Below the pieces are notes generated by a model. That model did no database searches. It saw nothing but the letters and a program-made list of their open reading frames with translations, and was not told where the DNA came from. A stretch of 60,000 nt of DNA from Malacoraja senta (lineage: Eukaryota). Of the stretch, positions 1-12,029 are shown piece after piece; the first letter of the stretch is position 1; each line of letters starts with the position of its first letter. Where the stretch lies: NCBI GenBank assembly GCA_038087875.1, contig CM075990.1:13518001-13578000 (forward strand), read 5' to 3'. A program made the translations under genes and the position numbers.

Positions 1-38
1 TGTCTACCTTCGATTTTTCCAGCATCTGCAGTTCCTTT
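1..38 (+). repeat. 3' tail of Penelope-derived short repeat (cut by window edge)
   Basis: tgtctaccttcgattttttccagcatctgcagttcc matches the Penelope 3' end at about 56306-56340. Confidence 0.8.
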
Positions 39-944
39 TAATCTTCAGATCTATTGGTCATCATAGATATGTAGAGTTAATGCACTCACCTTTAAAAAAA
101 AAAAATTTCAGCCTGACCTTGTCTAAATTAGTTTGATTGAATCAAATGGAAAAATCTGTTTCAAAGTCCTTTCTTTTGAGCAATGGTCAGTAGATTTGTT
201 TAAATAACTACATTGCACTGTAATAAATACAGATCCATGGACGATGGGATATTGATTGATGCCAGGCATTTGTGGCCTTGGTTAATCAACAGGATGCTTA
301 TACTTGTGGTGCTGTACTCCCTCAATACTGCACAAGTTTCTGAACAACTCGACCACGATAGGCCAAAAGGCTTTCTTTAATGTCTCAATGTTAATAATGT
401 ACCTGCAGCTGCTGAACCTCTGACTCTGGCCCATTGTTGCCTCTTCTGATATACCACAGACATTAACAAATGCCCCAATATTTTGAGATAATGCTTTACA
501 TGTAGACTGTCTGCAGTCTGAATTGTAGTCTACACACCATATATGTTCATTGGAATGGGTATATGCAATTACACCCCTTGAACTTGCACTGCATGTCACA
601 GTAGGGACTCATCTACGACTTAATTCCAGATGCCTCGATTTTTTCTTAACATTATATAAATATCTGTCAATCTCACATCTGAAATTATTAAGTAGTCTAG
701 CACGAATGACTATTTGCAGAATATAAAATTTCATCCTCTGTATGGTTCCAATTGAATCACAAGTCCTGACTAATCTTTAGATTATTCTCCCCACGGCTCA
801 ACTTGCCAAGCAGCAAAAATATTTTCTTTACTCGACCACATTTATACGATCCATTTGCCCTCCCCAAGGTTTAATGTCTTGAAAAAATTCACTTCATAAC
901 CTAACATTCTGGGGGATTTAACTTGAGGTTATGCAAAAGTGCAC

Positions 945-1030
945 AAAAGAATGCCAGAAATGCTCACTAAATCAGGCAATGAATATGGACAGTGAAACAA
1001 CGTTTCAGGTCGAGGACCTTACATCAAAAC
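945..1030 (-). repeat. Old Penelope-derived 3' module with degenerate hammerhead core
   Basis: Reverse complement reads tttgatgtaAGGTcctcgACCTgaaacgttg...cctgatttagtgagcatttctggcattctttt. Confidence 0.6.
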
Positions 1031-1568
1031 CAGTTTGTGCAGTCTCTATATGTGCAGCAATCCATTTCATTTTTTTAGATTTGGGTATTGGTGGCAAAGC
1101 CATGGATTGAACCATGGTGAGGTGGTCTATTTTGTCAAACTGCAGAAAATGGTTGCCATCCATCACTGTCACCCTTCCACTTAATCAGCAATAACCAGTG
1201 CACTTGCTTGGATCACTTAGTCAGTGTTTCCGATTTCAATAGTTTTGCGTACTTCATAACGTGGAGCCCCCTACCCCCCACTCCGTGTTCCATTTTAAGA
1301 TGCATTAAGTTATCACAGGGACTAATGGAAATAATGGACTTTAAAAGCAAATATCAGTTTAGTCTTGGACGGTGAAGATTTGCTAAATCATCTGAGAAAC
1401 TGCAACGTAAGGCCTTTTTGCCTTTTAAGTTCTTCCTATCACTAACATATTTTTGTAAATAGAGGCTCACTATTCTTCTCGGATTATAAATATAAGAATT
1501 AATGGAAATCTGAACTGTGTCCAAATTTATTTATATCTGTTTGCTCCTTTACTTCCTGTGGGATTTAG

Positions 1569-1644
1569 CTTCAGTGAAGGAAAATATGATGGCATTGCGT
1601 GATTTAATGGAACCAAGTCACTCAGAGGCTCGTGGATACAAAAG
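1569..1644 (+). CDS. Putative host coding exon (xSVKENMMALRDLMEPSHSEARGYKx), gene unidentified
   Basis: Pyrimidine tract + tttag acceptor, AAG|gtatta donor, one open frame, non-repetitive sequence. Confidence 0.4.
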
Positions 1645-2280
1645 GTATTACGAGCAGACATTCTGTTGGAGACACTGTCAGTGGGATCGCTCTGAATTCA
1701 AACCGCATCAAGTTTTGAAACTCTTAAGTAACTTTGTTAGTGCCCTTTATGTGGCAACTCTTTGCATACCTTGGGTATGCAAAACAAAGAATTTTACAGT
1801 GACTTGTCACATGTGACAATAAAGTATTCATTCCTTCATTCAATACAAGTTTGGATAACAGTAATGGCATTCTTCACTTCAAGAGTTTGAGTCTGACAAA
1901 TGGTTCCATTGGATAACATTTACATTGGCACCACATTGTAACTGACAATACACTTCTGAATGTTCAAACATCTTTGCTGGGACAAAGTAATCCAAAATTA
2001 GGGTTGTTAAGGGTTACTCTCTGTTTATACATATATCCCGATTGTTGATAGACCAAATATGGCTGTTACCATGGAAACAAAACATACTACAATGCTGTAA
2101 GCCTGAGTTAAAAATTAACTGTTGGATGAATTTAGCAGGTCAGATTGACATGACCAACTGAATTCCCCCAGCAGTTTGTTTTTTAAGTCTATAACCATGA
2201 TTGATGTGCCAAGTGACAAAATAAGTCTGGTCTTGACATTTCTTTGATCTATATCAGTATGCTGCAAAATCTGCAAAGAA

Positions 2281-2790
2281 GATTGTGATTGACAACAGGA
2301 AGTGAAGCAGTGGACATACCCCAGCTAACAGTGGTGGCGCCAAAGTAGAGAATAAATATCACCAGCAATTTGTCCTGGACCAGCCACATTGAAGCTATGG
2401 CCAAGAAAGCACACCAATGTCTCTACTTCCTTAGAAGGCTTAAGATGTTCGGCATGTCCCCAACAACCCTCACTAACTTCTACAGATGTGCCGTAGAAAG
2501 CATCTTATCGGGATGCATCACAGCTTGCTTGGGAACAGCTCCAACCAAGACTGCAAGAAATTGCAGAGTTTTGGCTATAGACCAGACGATCACACAAACC
2601 AGCCTTCCTTCCATTAAGTCCATCTACACTTCACGCTGCCTCGACAAGGTCGGCAGCATAATCAATGACCAGCCTCACCTTGGTCGCTCCCTCTTCTCCC
2701 ATCAGGCAAATTTGAAAACGCACACCTCCAGATTCAGGAACAATTTCTTCCGAGCTGTTATCAGGCAACTGAAGGACCCAGCTGGAGTGC
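2281..2790 (+). mobile_element. Rex1/Babar-clade LINE, degenerate 3' part of ORF2
   Basis: SWTSHIEAMAKKAHQCLYFLRRLK...NFYRCAVESILSGCITA...RFRNNFFRAVIRQL, the typical post-RT region of Rex1/Babar. Confidence 0.85.
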
Positions 2791-3300
2791 AGTTCTGACC
2801 TCCCATCTATATCATTGGAGACCTTTAAACTATCTTTAATCTGATGTTTTCAAACTTTATCTTGCACCAAATGTTGTACACTTTACCGTGCACCATGGTC
2901 AGCTTGATTGTATTCTTGTATAATCTTTTCTTTTCAAACTTTTTACTGATTTCAATGTTCATTAGAACAGGCATTCTGATTACTGGTTCACTTTTAGATT
3001 TATCCCTGCTATATAAACATAATTCTCCTAAATAATCAGTAACAAGGATAAACAGCAAGGTATTTTAACCTCATGTTTCCCTTTGTAAAACTCTTTGGGT
3101 ATTTTCGTTGAATTAAATACAGTATGAGTTCCTTTATCTTTTGACAACATCTTCTCAAAAGCAGACATCTATCCCAAGATATGATAAACTTCTTGTACTT
3201 GCATTTTGTGGATTAGGATTCTGTTGGATTGGCAATCAATGCACTGACTGTTGCATGTTTCTTTTGCAAAACAACACCACACACATTGTCAGATCAATGG

Positions 3301-3616
3301 GACGGCACAGTGGTAGAGTTGCTGCCTTACAGCGCCAGAGACCCATGTTCGATCCTGACTATGGGTGCTGTCTGAATGGAGTTTGTACGTTCTCCCTGTG
3401 ACCTCGTGGGTTTTCTCTAGGTGTTCCGGTTTCCTCCCACATTCCAAAGGCGTACAGGTTTGTAGGTTACTTGGCTTTGGTAAAAATGGTAAATTGCCTC
3501 TAGTGTTTGGGATAGTGCTAGTGTACGGGGTGATCGCTGGTCGGTGCAGACTCGGTAGGACGAAGGGCCTGTTTCCGCACTGTTTCTCTAAACTAAACTA
3601 ATCTAAACTAAACTAA
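3301..3616 (+). mobile_element. tRNA-derived SINE (HE1/V-SINE type) with CR1-like 3' tail
   Basis: A/B box-like head (ggcacagtggtagag...gttcgatcct), core tggagtttgtacgttctccctgtg, tail cgaagggcctgtttcc + (aaact)n. Confidence 0.85.
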
Positions 3617-3841
3617 TGCTGTTGGGGAATTATAATACTTAGTTATAATGGTGCAATAAGAAAACTAAGGTGTAAAACTTGATTTCAATTTACAGACATA
3701 AAATAATTAATTATTTGTCTGCAACAGTTAAAAATACTTATTTCGGATGCATGTCAATGCTGATTTGTTCCTAATGAGCTGTTTTAATGGACTGTTGTGG
3801 TGGAAAATTGCACCTGACTGACGTCAGTTTTTAACCTACAG

Positions 3842-3881
3842 AATTAAAGTGTCCAGGCAGATCAAAGATTCTAAGATGTGA
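3842..3881 (+). CDS. Putative terminal coding exon (RIKVSRQIKDSKM*), phase-compatible with exon 1569-1644
   Basis: Branch-like ctgactgac, tttttaacctacag acceptor, phase-2 join to the upstream exon, TGA at 3879-3881. Confidence 0.3.
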
Positions 3882-4283
3882 ATTATTGGTACACAAATTC
3901 AATCAAATGACAGTTATATTTTAAATTCAGTTATCCTACCTTATAAAAGGGACTATTAATGCTCAGTTATTATTTTCTCCTGAGAAGTATCTTGCTTGAA
4001 TGATTCAGCAGTCAGAATAATTGAGTTCATTTATCCCATGGTCTGTTAATCCAGCGTCATTAAAATTTCAACCAGCCAGCCTGAAACTTCCGATGTATTA
4101 TTACTTAATTAATTTTGATTTGACACAGGCAGAAAAAAGAATGTATTTAGAACAGATGTAGTTCCATGTGTGAATTTTTCACCAGGACTGCTGAATATTT
4201 CCCTTTTCCAAATCAAGAAGTGTAGGAGGGATAGTTTGGATCCTGCTATCATTACATTGACTCAGATCACAGAATCATCACCC

Positions 4284-4411
4284 TGTCTGAAGAAGGGTTT
4301 CGGCCCAAAACGTTGCCTATTTCCTTCGCTCCATAGATGCTGCTGCACCCGCTGAGTTTCTCCAGCACTTTAGTCTACCTTCGATTTTCCAGCATCTGCA
4401 GTTCCTTCTTA
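4284..4411 (+). repeat. Penelope-derived solo 3' module with hammerhead-like motif (GAAA mutated to AAAA)
   Basis: Near-identical to 56219-56345. Confidence 0.85.
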
Positions 4412-5544
4412 ATCACAGAATTTAGTGCAGACTGGGAATGGAGTTCATTTATTTTGAGTGGTTTCAGCTGTATACCATTGCTGGGTCATCAGGGAAATAC
4501 CAAATCTTTACCGACACACACCAAGATACTTCACCCTGTCAGCTGAGATGACAATGTGTCAGAGATTATAGATTTTGAAGAAAAGTAAATAAACGGGGTA
4601 TTCGGGGATATTCTATTTCCTGTTTGAAGTCAATGATAACTGGAAACTATCCTATTTTGTCACTGGTAGAAAAAGCTTTCTGAATGAAAACTTCTTTATC
4701 TCAAAGTTGTCTTCAACTTACAGCGAATGTTTTGCAAAACAAAGCTGAAAAGCTTTGTCTTATAGCCGAATATCTTGTATAGTGTGCACTCGAAGGATGG
4801 TAAGCTTCTGCAATGTCATTTGCTAATGTAATAAACATACAGTGTTCTTAATCTACCAAAACACAGCATTTACAAATTAAGTTAAATCATGTGTATCTCC
4901 AATTAGAGATAATGGGCCGACAGATATTTTCTGCTATTTTCTGATGATGCTTTGATTTCCAGGAAGAATGGTTTGAGTTTAAATTTTTAAAACTCTTCAT
5001 TTTTAACATTGATTATTTATTATTTATTTTAAATTTCACTTATGATTAGATATTGCAAAATTAATAATTTATACAATCTTATTAAATAAAAGTAGGGCTT
5101 AATTTTATCTCTCAATAATGTCTGCTGCTAACACAATATGAATTGTACTTATGATTTGCTGCTGCTCCTGTGTTGGCAAATAAATCGAGAGATAGCAGTG
5201 AGATGAATGATAAGCTGAACTGACCTTTAGTTGAATAAGAAAGATTAGCCAGAACATTGAGAGAATTCTCATTTTTCTTTCTGAAGTACTGTGGGAGCTT
5301 TACCACAGTATCATGAGAGCAGGCAGTCAGGCAGGATCTTGGCTCAATGTCCCATTCAGATGGAAGGCACTTCCCCAATACTGTTCACATTTCTGGTACA
5401 GGACTCAAATTTCTGACATATGTGACTCGGAGATGAATATACCATCAGCTGAACCAAAGCTAACATGGAAGCTCATTGAGATAAAAGTGGTTGATATCAG
5501 TAGGGGATGACAAAATTGGGTGACGTTGGGGTACCCCTGACTCT

Positions 5545-5600
5545 CAGTCTGAAGAAAGGTCTCGACTCAAAATGCCACCCATTCATTCTATCCTGGGATG
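5545..5600 (+). repeat. Degenerate Penelope-derived 3' module
   Basis: cagtctgaagaaaggtctcgactcaaaatgccacccattc. Confidence 0.6.
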
Positions 5601-5799
5601 TCAAAAATCTTTTCTTTCATATTCTTATAATCTTACTATGTATTTTCAATAATTTTCATATTTTGTTACAGCATAGGAGACCCATTGAATGTATGCCATC
5701 TCTCAGAGCACACCATCGGTAGCCCCCCCCCCCCCCCTGCTTCTTTCTCCTATTCTCCTTTGCCTGCCAATTAACACAGTCTTGATGCTCTTGCCACCC

Positions 5800-5975
5800 A
5801 CTTACACTGCGGACCAGTTAATCTACTAGGATGCTTTGGGATATTGGAGGAAACTGGAGCCCCCTTGGGAAATCAATACTGTCACTTGAAGAACGTGCTA
5901 ATTTCACAGTCAGCATCTAAGGTCAGGGTGGAACATGAGTCACTGGAGAAGTGTGGCAGAAGCAGTCTGCTGCAC
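5800..5975 (-). mobile_element. Degenerate tRNA-derived SINE
   Basis: Reverse-complement similarity to the 3301-3616 core (tttgggatattggaggaaactggag). Confidence 0.55.
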
Positions 5976-6119
5976 TTTCATGCATATTTGTTTTATTAAT
6001 AGTGCTTATATGTTTCCTTTTGTTTTGCAACCAAATCTACATAGGAGAGAGTTAAATGTAAACTGAAGTGGTGTATTTTGAAAAAGGTTGTTTTTATTAA
6101 TTGATTACAAGTGACTAGC

Positions 6120-6229
6120 AATAGTAAGATTAAACGAGAACTTACCAGTTTGAAGTTTGATCTTTATTTTATGAGGAGTTACGTTGAGGGATTACGTGAA
6201 GAAGACCCCGTCCAGCCGCACACGCGTCA
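6120..6229 (-). repeat. DIRS-A right ITR with 3' extension
   Basis: gtgaagaagaccccgtccagccgcacacgcgtca is the inverse of 15072-15105; 6120-6198 is the inverse of 6344-6422. Confidence 0.9.
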
Positions 6230-6343
6230 ATCTTCAAAGCAGCGGAGTGAAAATCACAGACGACAATTACTGAAGTATGATAGTAAGATGCATAAAGACT
6301 AAAACTACCAGCTCGATCCTTTTATGAGGGTGGGAGCGGAGGG

Positions 6344-6456
6344 CACGTAATCGCTCAACGTTACTCCTCATAAAATAGAGATCAAACTTCAAACTGGTAA
6401 GTTCTCGTTTAATCTTACTATTTTACTTCGGAGTCACGTGAGTGACTACGTGAAGA
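6344..6456 (-). repeat. DIRS-A internal complementary region (ICR)
   Basis: Joins the complements of both termini around ...cttactATTTTacttcggagtcacgtgagtgactacgtg. Confidence 0.9.
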
Positions 6457-6884
6457 TTTCAAAGCTCTGTGATTTCACACCGTGGATTAAATCCAGGTGC
6501 TCACTGCACTGATTGACTCTATTGAGTAAGCACAATCAACAATGCATTAAAAAATATATATATATATATATTTTATTTATTTTTATTAGAAGTACAATTG
6601 TATACAATCATATTTTTTCATAATACATTTTATGTACAACTTCTTTTTTTAAATTATTATAATAAAGAAGAAAAAGAAAAAGAAATTAGATAATGAAGTA
6701 TAGAAAAATGTGAGATATATAGTGTGTGGAAAAGAAAAATAGAAAGTGAAAGAAGAAGTTAAAGAATAAAAAAAATAAGAAAATGAGAATAGAAGAAAAA
6801 AAAAGAAAGGAAGAAAAAGAAAAAAGAACTAAGGAGATCTTATTTATAATCTTGACCATCCCTCACCCAGTCACGAGTTAGCTT

Positions 6885-9800
6885 TTACAATTGTGTTGCA
6901 CCATGTGATTCCAAAAAGACGACAAATGGAGACCAACTCGTTTTGAATTGGTCAAATTTATCTATTAGGAGAAATCGCATTTCCTCAAGATGTGCAGTGT
7001 CCAACATACTTGCAATCCACATTTTGAGCGGTATGAGTGTATTTTTCCAAAATATAAGTATTACTTTTTTTGCTATTATTAAACCATAATTAAAAAATAA
7101 TTTTTGAGATGGATTCAATTTATTCCCATCTTCCATTACCCCAAATATAATCAATCCATTATTAGGTTCCATTTTTATCTTAAATAATTTTGTGAATATT
7201 TCGAAAATATCACTCCAAAATCTATAGAGTTTTATACAGGAAACAAAAGAGTGTGTTATAGTTGCATCTTGGGTTAAACATTTATCACAAATGGGGGATA
7301 TATTTGGATAGAATTTATTTAATCTTGTTTTTGAATAATATAATCTATGTAAAATTTAAAATTGAATTAGATTATGTCTTACATTAATCGAACATTTGCG
7401 AATGTGTGTCAAATACTTTTCCCATGTAACCTTCGTAATTTTTATCATTAATTCCCATTCCCACTCTTCTCTAAGTACCTCTGTCGCTGGTGGGTCTATA
7501 TTTAAAATACCATTATATAAATATGATATTAATTTTTGTGTATCAGCTTTAATATTCATTATTTCTTCCAATAAATCAGGTTATTTTTTGATATCCTTGT
7601 ATGTATGTCTTCAAGAAATTGCAAATCTGGAGATATTTAAAATAGTGATTATTTTTCAATTTAAATTTTAATTGTAATTGTTGAAATGATAATAAATCTC
7701 CCATTTCATACATATCCCCGATCCTTTTAATTCCTAAACTTTCCCATTGATTATATATTTTGTCCATTAGAGATGGTTTAAATTAAGGATTATTCGCTAT
7801 TGTTGTTAACAATGAAAGGTTTCTTAATTTTAAGGATAATTTTATTTGTTTCCATATTCTTATTGTATCCTGTATAATTGGGTTATTCTTATATATTGTA
7901 TTGTTCATTTTTTTCGGGGCGAAGAGGGTCGTTCCTATGTTACAAGGAAAACAATCCTCTTTCTCCATTTTTATCCATTCTGTCTGTTGAGTAGAACTAT
8001 CCAACCAATAAATTATATTCTTAATATGTATTGCCCAATAATAATACAGAAAATTCGGGAGTGAAAGTCCCCCAGCATCTTCTGGTTTACATAAGTGTTC
8101 TTTTTTAATTCTATGTGATTTATAATCCCAAACAAAATTAGTAATGTTAGAGTTAAATTTAAAAAATATATATTTTGGTACATATACTGGTATAGACTGA
8201 AATAGGTATAATAACTGTGGTAGAAAAGTCATTTTTATAGCGTTTATTCTACCTATTAATGATAAAGGAAGTGTTTTCCAAAATGTAAACATTATATTAA
8301 GTTTATTTATTAAAGGTATAAAATTGGCATTGAATAAAACTTTATGTTTTCTAGTAATCTGAATACTCGGGTATTTAAATTTTTCTGTTGCTATTTTAAA
8401 GGGAAACTTCAATAAGTGTGAAGATTCTTGAGGTTTTAACGTTATAATTTCACTTTTGTTCCAGTTTATTCCATATCCAGAAAAGGACCCAAATTCCTCT
8501 ATTAAGTTTAATAAATTTGGTATGCTCGTTTGTGAGTTTGTTATATATAACAGAATATCGTCTGCATATAATGAAATTTTATTTTTTGAGTCCCTAGTAT
8601 TATAACCCTGAATATTCGGATGACTTCTTATACTTTCAGCCAAAGGTTCTATCATAAGGGCGAATAGTAGAGGTGATAACGCACATCCCTGCCTATTACC
8701 CCTTGATAATTGAAATTTTTGAGATAACATATTATTAGTTAATATTCTTGCCATCGGTTTATCGTATAATAATTTCACCCATGTAATAAATTTCTCTCCC
8801 ATATTAAATTTTTGTAATACTTTGTATAAATACTGCCATTCTACCTGATCAAATGCTTTCTCTGCGTCCAAAGAAATAATTGATATAGCTTCTTCCTCCA
8901 CTTTATGTGAGTACATTATATTAAACAAGCGTCTCAAATTATTAAATGAATATCTTTTGGGTATAAACCCCATTTGATCAGGGTTTATCAATTTACTAAT
9001 ATATTTGCTTAGTCTTCTGGCTAGAGTCTTTGCTAACATTTTCTGATCTGTATTTAAAAGTGATATAGCTCTATATGAGCCCGGGTCCTCTAAATCTTTA
9101 TCTTTTTTTGGAATAAGCGTAATGGTTGATTCTGCTAATGTTTCAGGTAATTTATTTTCTTTAAAAGCGTGAGTATATAAATTAAATAAATAGGGAGTCG
9201 TTATCTAATGAAATTTTTAATAAAATTCATTACTATAACCGTCTGGTCCCGGAGTCTTACCATTTTTCAACGATTTTATTGTTTCACCTATTTCTTCGAT
9301 TGTAATTTGCGCTCCAAGTTCCTCTTGTTCCAAAAGGTCAAGTTTTGGAAGATTACAATTATCTAAAAAAAAAAATATTTTACTATCTTCTATTTTAGTT
9401 TTTGATGTATATAAATTTTGATAAAATGGAGCAAATCTTTTATTAATGTCTTTAGGTAGTATTAGTAATTCACCATTCTCTGATTTAATTTTATTTATAG
9501 TATTTTCTTTTTCTTGTTTTTTCAGTTGGCGCGCTAACAGCTTATGTGGTTTGTCACCAAACTCGAAATGTTCCCGTTTTGTAATTTGAAATAGTCTTAT
9601 TACTCTTGCCGAGAGAATTCGATTAAGTTTAAATTTCAGTAATACTATCATTATGTTTATCCATAGTGGAATCTTTAGCATTATCTAACTCTAAAGGCTC
9701 TGTCTTACCTGTTTGCGGTCATCGGCGGTGAAGCGCGGCGTCGCCGGTAGCGAAGACCGCGCGGCAACAGCGAGAGCGTCGAGCCTATCCACCGGAGCGC

Positions 9801-10950
9801 CGCACGGATGCTGCGCGGGGGCCGAGTTAATTCAAACACGGCGGGTCCCACGTGCTTGCGGTAAGTAAAAAAAAGGGCGGGCCGACTGCGATGACGTCGG
9901 CCCGCCGCACGTGACTCACCAGCGGCGGCTGTGGCGGCGGCCATCCTGATCGCGGTGCTGTAGCGGTGGCTGTGCCTGCGGCCGTGCAGCACACGTGCCT
10001 CACTGGCGGCGGCACGTGCCTCACTGGCGGAGGCTGTGGCAGTGGAGGTTTGACGCACGGCGCTCGAGCCACACTGGTGGCGGCCCGTGCGGGCGGCCGT
10101 GCCGCACTTGTGCATCACTGGTGGAGGTTGTGCGGTGAGTATATGTTTTTCGACATTGTCGATTTTATTTTAGCACCGCGCGGTGTTGGGAACACCGCCG
10201 CACGGCCCGGGAATTGTACGTTCTCACGAGTGCGCGGTCTATGGCGGCAGATTCTTCCCGTTTCTCCGCCAGTGACCGCAGACTCGTGAGACAGGCCTTT
10301 AACTGTCTAATTTCCTGTTCTAGCAACATTTGTTCTGTCTTGTTCTTTTTATTTTGGAACATTTCGTATGAAATTATAATTCCTCTAATAAATGCCTTAA
10401 ACGTTTTCCATAATAAAGAAGGCGAGGTATCTGGTGTATCATTTATCTAAAAAAAAAGTTTCATTTGTTGTTTTAAGTATTGATAACCTTGTAAGTCATT
10501 TAAGATATGTGTATTAAACCTCCAAAAAAAGTTTTTACCCAGCATTCCCTCAAATTTTACTGAAAAAGTCAACGGAGAGTGATCAGAAATACTACTAATG
10601 TGGTATGTTGGGTTGATTGTATATGGCATTAATTTCATATCCACTAAAAAATAATCAATTCTTGAATAAGTTTTATGTACCGAAGAGTAAAACGAGTATT
10701 CCCTTCCAACTGGATTCGCAGATCTCCATACATCTGTTATATTAGTATTTTTTATATATGTATTTAGAAGTTCACTAGTCTTAGATTTTAAATTACACCT
10801 CCTTTGCTTTGCTGATTTGTCTAAATATGGGTCTAAAACACAGTTAAAGTCCCCCCCCCCTATTATCACATTTTGGTAATTAAACTGATATTATATCTAT
10901 AATTTTATCAAAAAATTGGGGGTTATCAAAATTCAGAGCGTAAATATTTA
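6885..10950 (-). pseudogene. L1 ORF2 (partial APE endonuclease, RT, CCHC knuckle), disrupted
   Basis: GGDFNCVLDP, YSRIDYFL, SDHSP (endonuclease); SLDAEKAFD, RQGCALSPLLF, LYADD (RT); CDKC...H...C near 7240-7290; stops, frameshifts and a MITE insertion. Confidence 0.95.
9694..10299. mobile_element. GC-rich non-autonomous DNA transposon (MITE), TA TSD, inside L1 ORF2
   Basis: Imperfect ~40-bp TIRs aaggctctgtcttacctgtttgcggtcatcggcgg / ccgccagtgaccgcagactcgtgagacaggcctt; removing it and one TA restores the L1 frame EIRQLELDN. Confidence 0.9.
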
Positions 10951-11012
10951 TCTTTCATTATCAACAATGCATAACCACAACATTAAATGTAATCAGTTAA
11001 TGGTTTTATTTA

Positions 11013-12027
11013 TTATAACAATAGTAACCCATTTATCATAATGGGGGATTTAATACTGAATCCAGCATCACCAAACACCCCGGGATCTTTAATCTCCTTA
11101 TGGTAATACTTGTGAAACATCTGTTCACTTGCCCATCCTGCGGCCGCGAGGATAAGATCTATTGGAACGTCTGAATCCCTGGCCGCCGATGTTGATGCCG
11201 CCCTGGTGGAATGAGATTTAAATTTATCAGTATCAATACCTGAATAAATCAACACCTGTTTCAACCATCTTGAAATTGTCTGTGTTGACACCTTCTTATG
11301 AGGACTTTTATGACTGACAAAAAATGCTAATTCTGCACCTCTTAAAATTCTGGTTGTTTCCATGTAACACCTTATATATGTTACTACTCATAGCTGTGGA
11401 TCCGTAGGATATGCTGAAAACTGCAACTTACATCCCGTGAACCCAGGTCTACTTTGCTTCAGTAAATCATAGACATAGAATGTAACGGCATCTGCCCCCT
11501 ATTTTCATTCTGTCTATTCTTAATTTCTGTAATGTTTGAACTCTCTGAGCTGAAACTAATGCCATGAGCATAACCAACTTCATGGTGATTTTGGATAATG
11601 ACAGAGTTTCAATAGGATTCCATTCACGCAGCAGCATCAGTACATCTTTTACATTCCAGATTTCTGTATACCTAGGTCTAGGAGGATTGGAGTTGAAAAT
11701 TCCCTTCATAAACCTACAGACCCAAGGATGTGATTCTATTGGATTTTGTTCTGATTCACTGCTTAAATATGCAGAGAGTGCACTTCGTGCAGTATTGATT
11801 GCACTATAACTTAATTTTAATTCGTAGTAGAGAGTTGAAAGAAACTCTAATACATCTGAAATTTCTGCTGTGTTATATGCAATATTCTTTTCTGAACAAA
11901 ACACCTCCCATTTCTTTATATAAGAAATGCACTGCTTCTGGGTACTATTCCTCCAGGCTGCTGCCATAACATCCACCGTACGGTCTGATAATCCTCGTCC
12001 AAGATATGGCCTTTTCAGAATCTGCAA
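11013..12027 (-). pseudogene. DIRS-A tyrosine recombinase, frameshifted near 11480
   Basis: LVSAQRVQTL, FKSHSTRAA, AAGWAS, FHKYYHK motifs across ORFs 11467-12027 and 11013-11363. Confidence 0.92.
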
Positions 12028-12029
12028 AT

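Larger units (their letters stand above)
6548..10959 (-). mobile_element. 5'-truncated L1-clade LINE inserted in the DIRS-A 3' region
   Basis: 13-bp TSD ATCAACAATGCAT at 6535-6547 and 10960-10972; AT-rich tail at 6548-6590; ORF2 remnants. Confidence 0.95.

Noticed and set aside
282..599. 105-aa minus-strand ORF (and 16057-16458) as a gene or old transposase
   Set aside because: No motif I can identify with confidence
3301..3365. tRNA gene
   Set aside because: SINE head without a complete cloverleaf, continuing into the SINE core and tail
9705..10289. Ala/Arg/Gly-rich ORFs
   Set aside because: By-products of the GC-rich MITE; no recognisable domain
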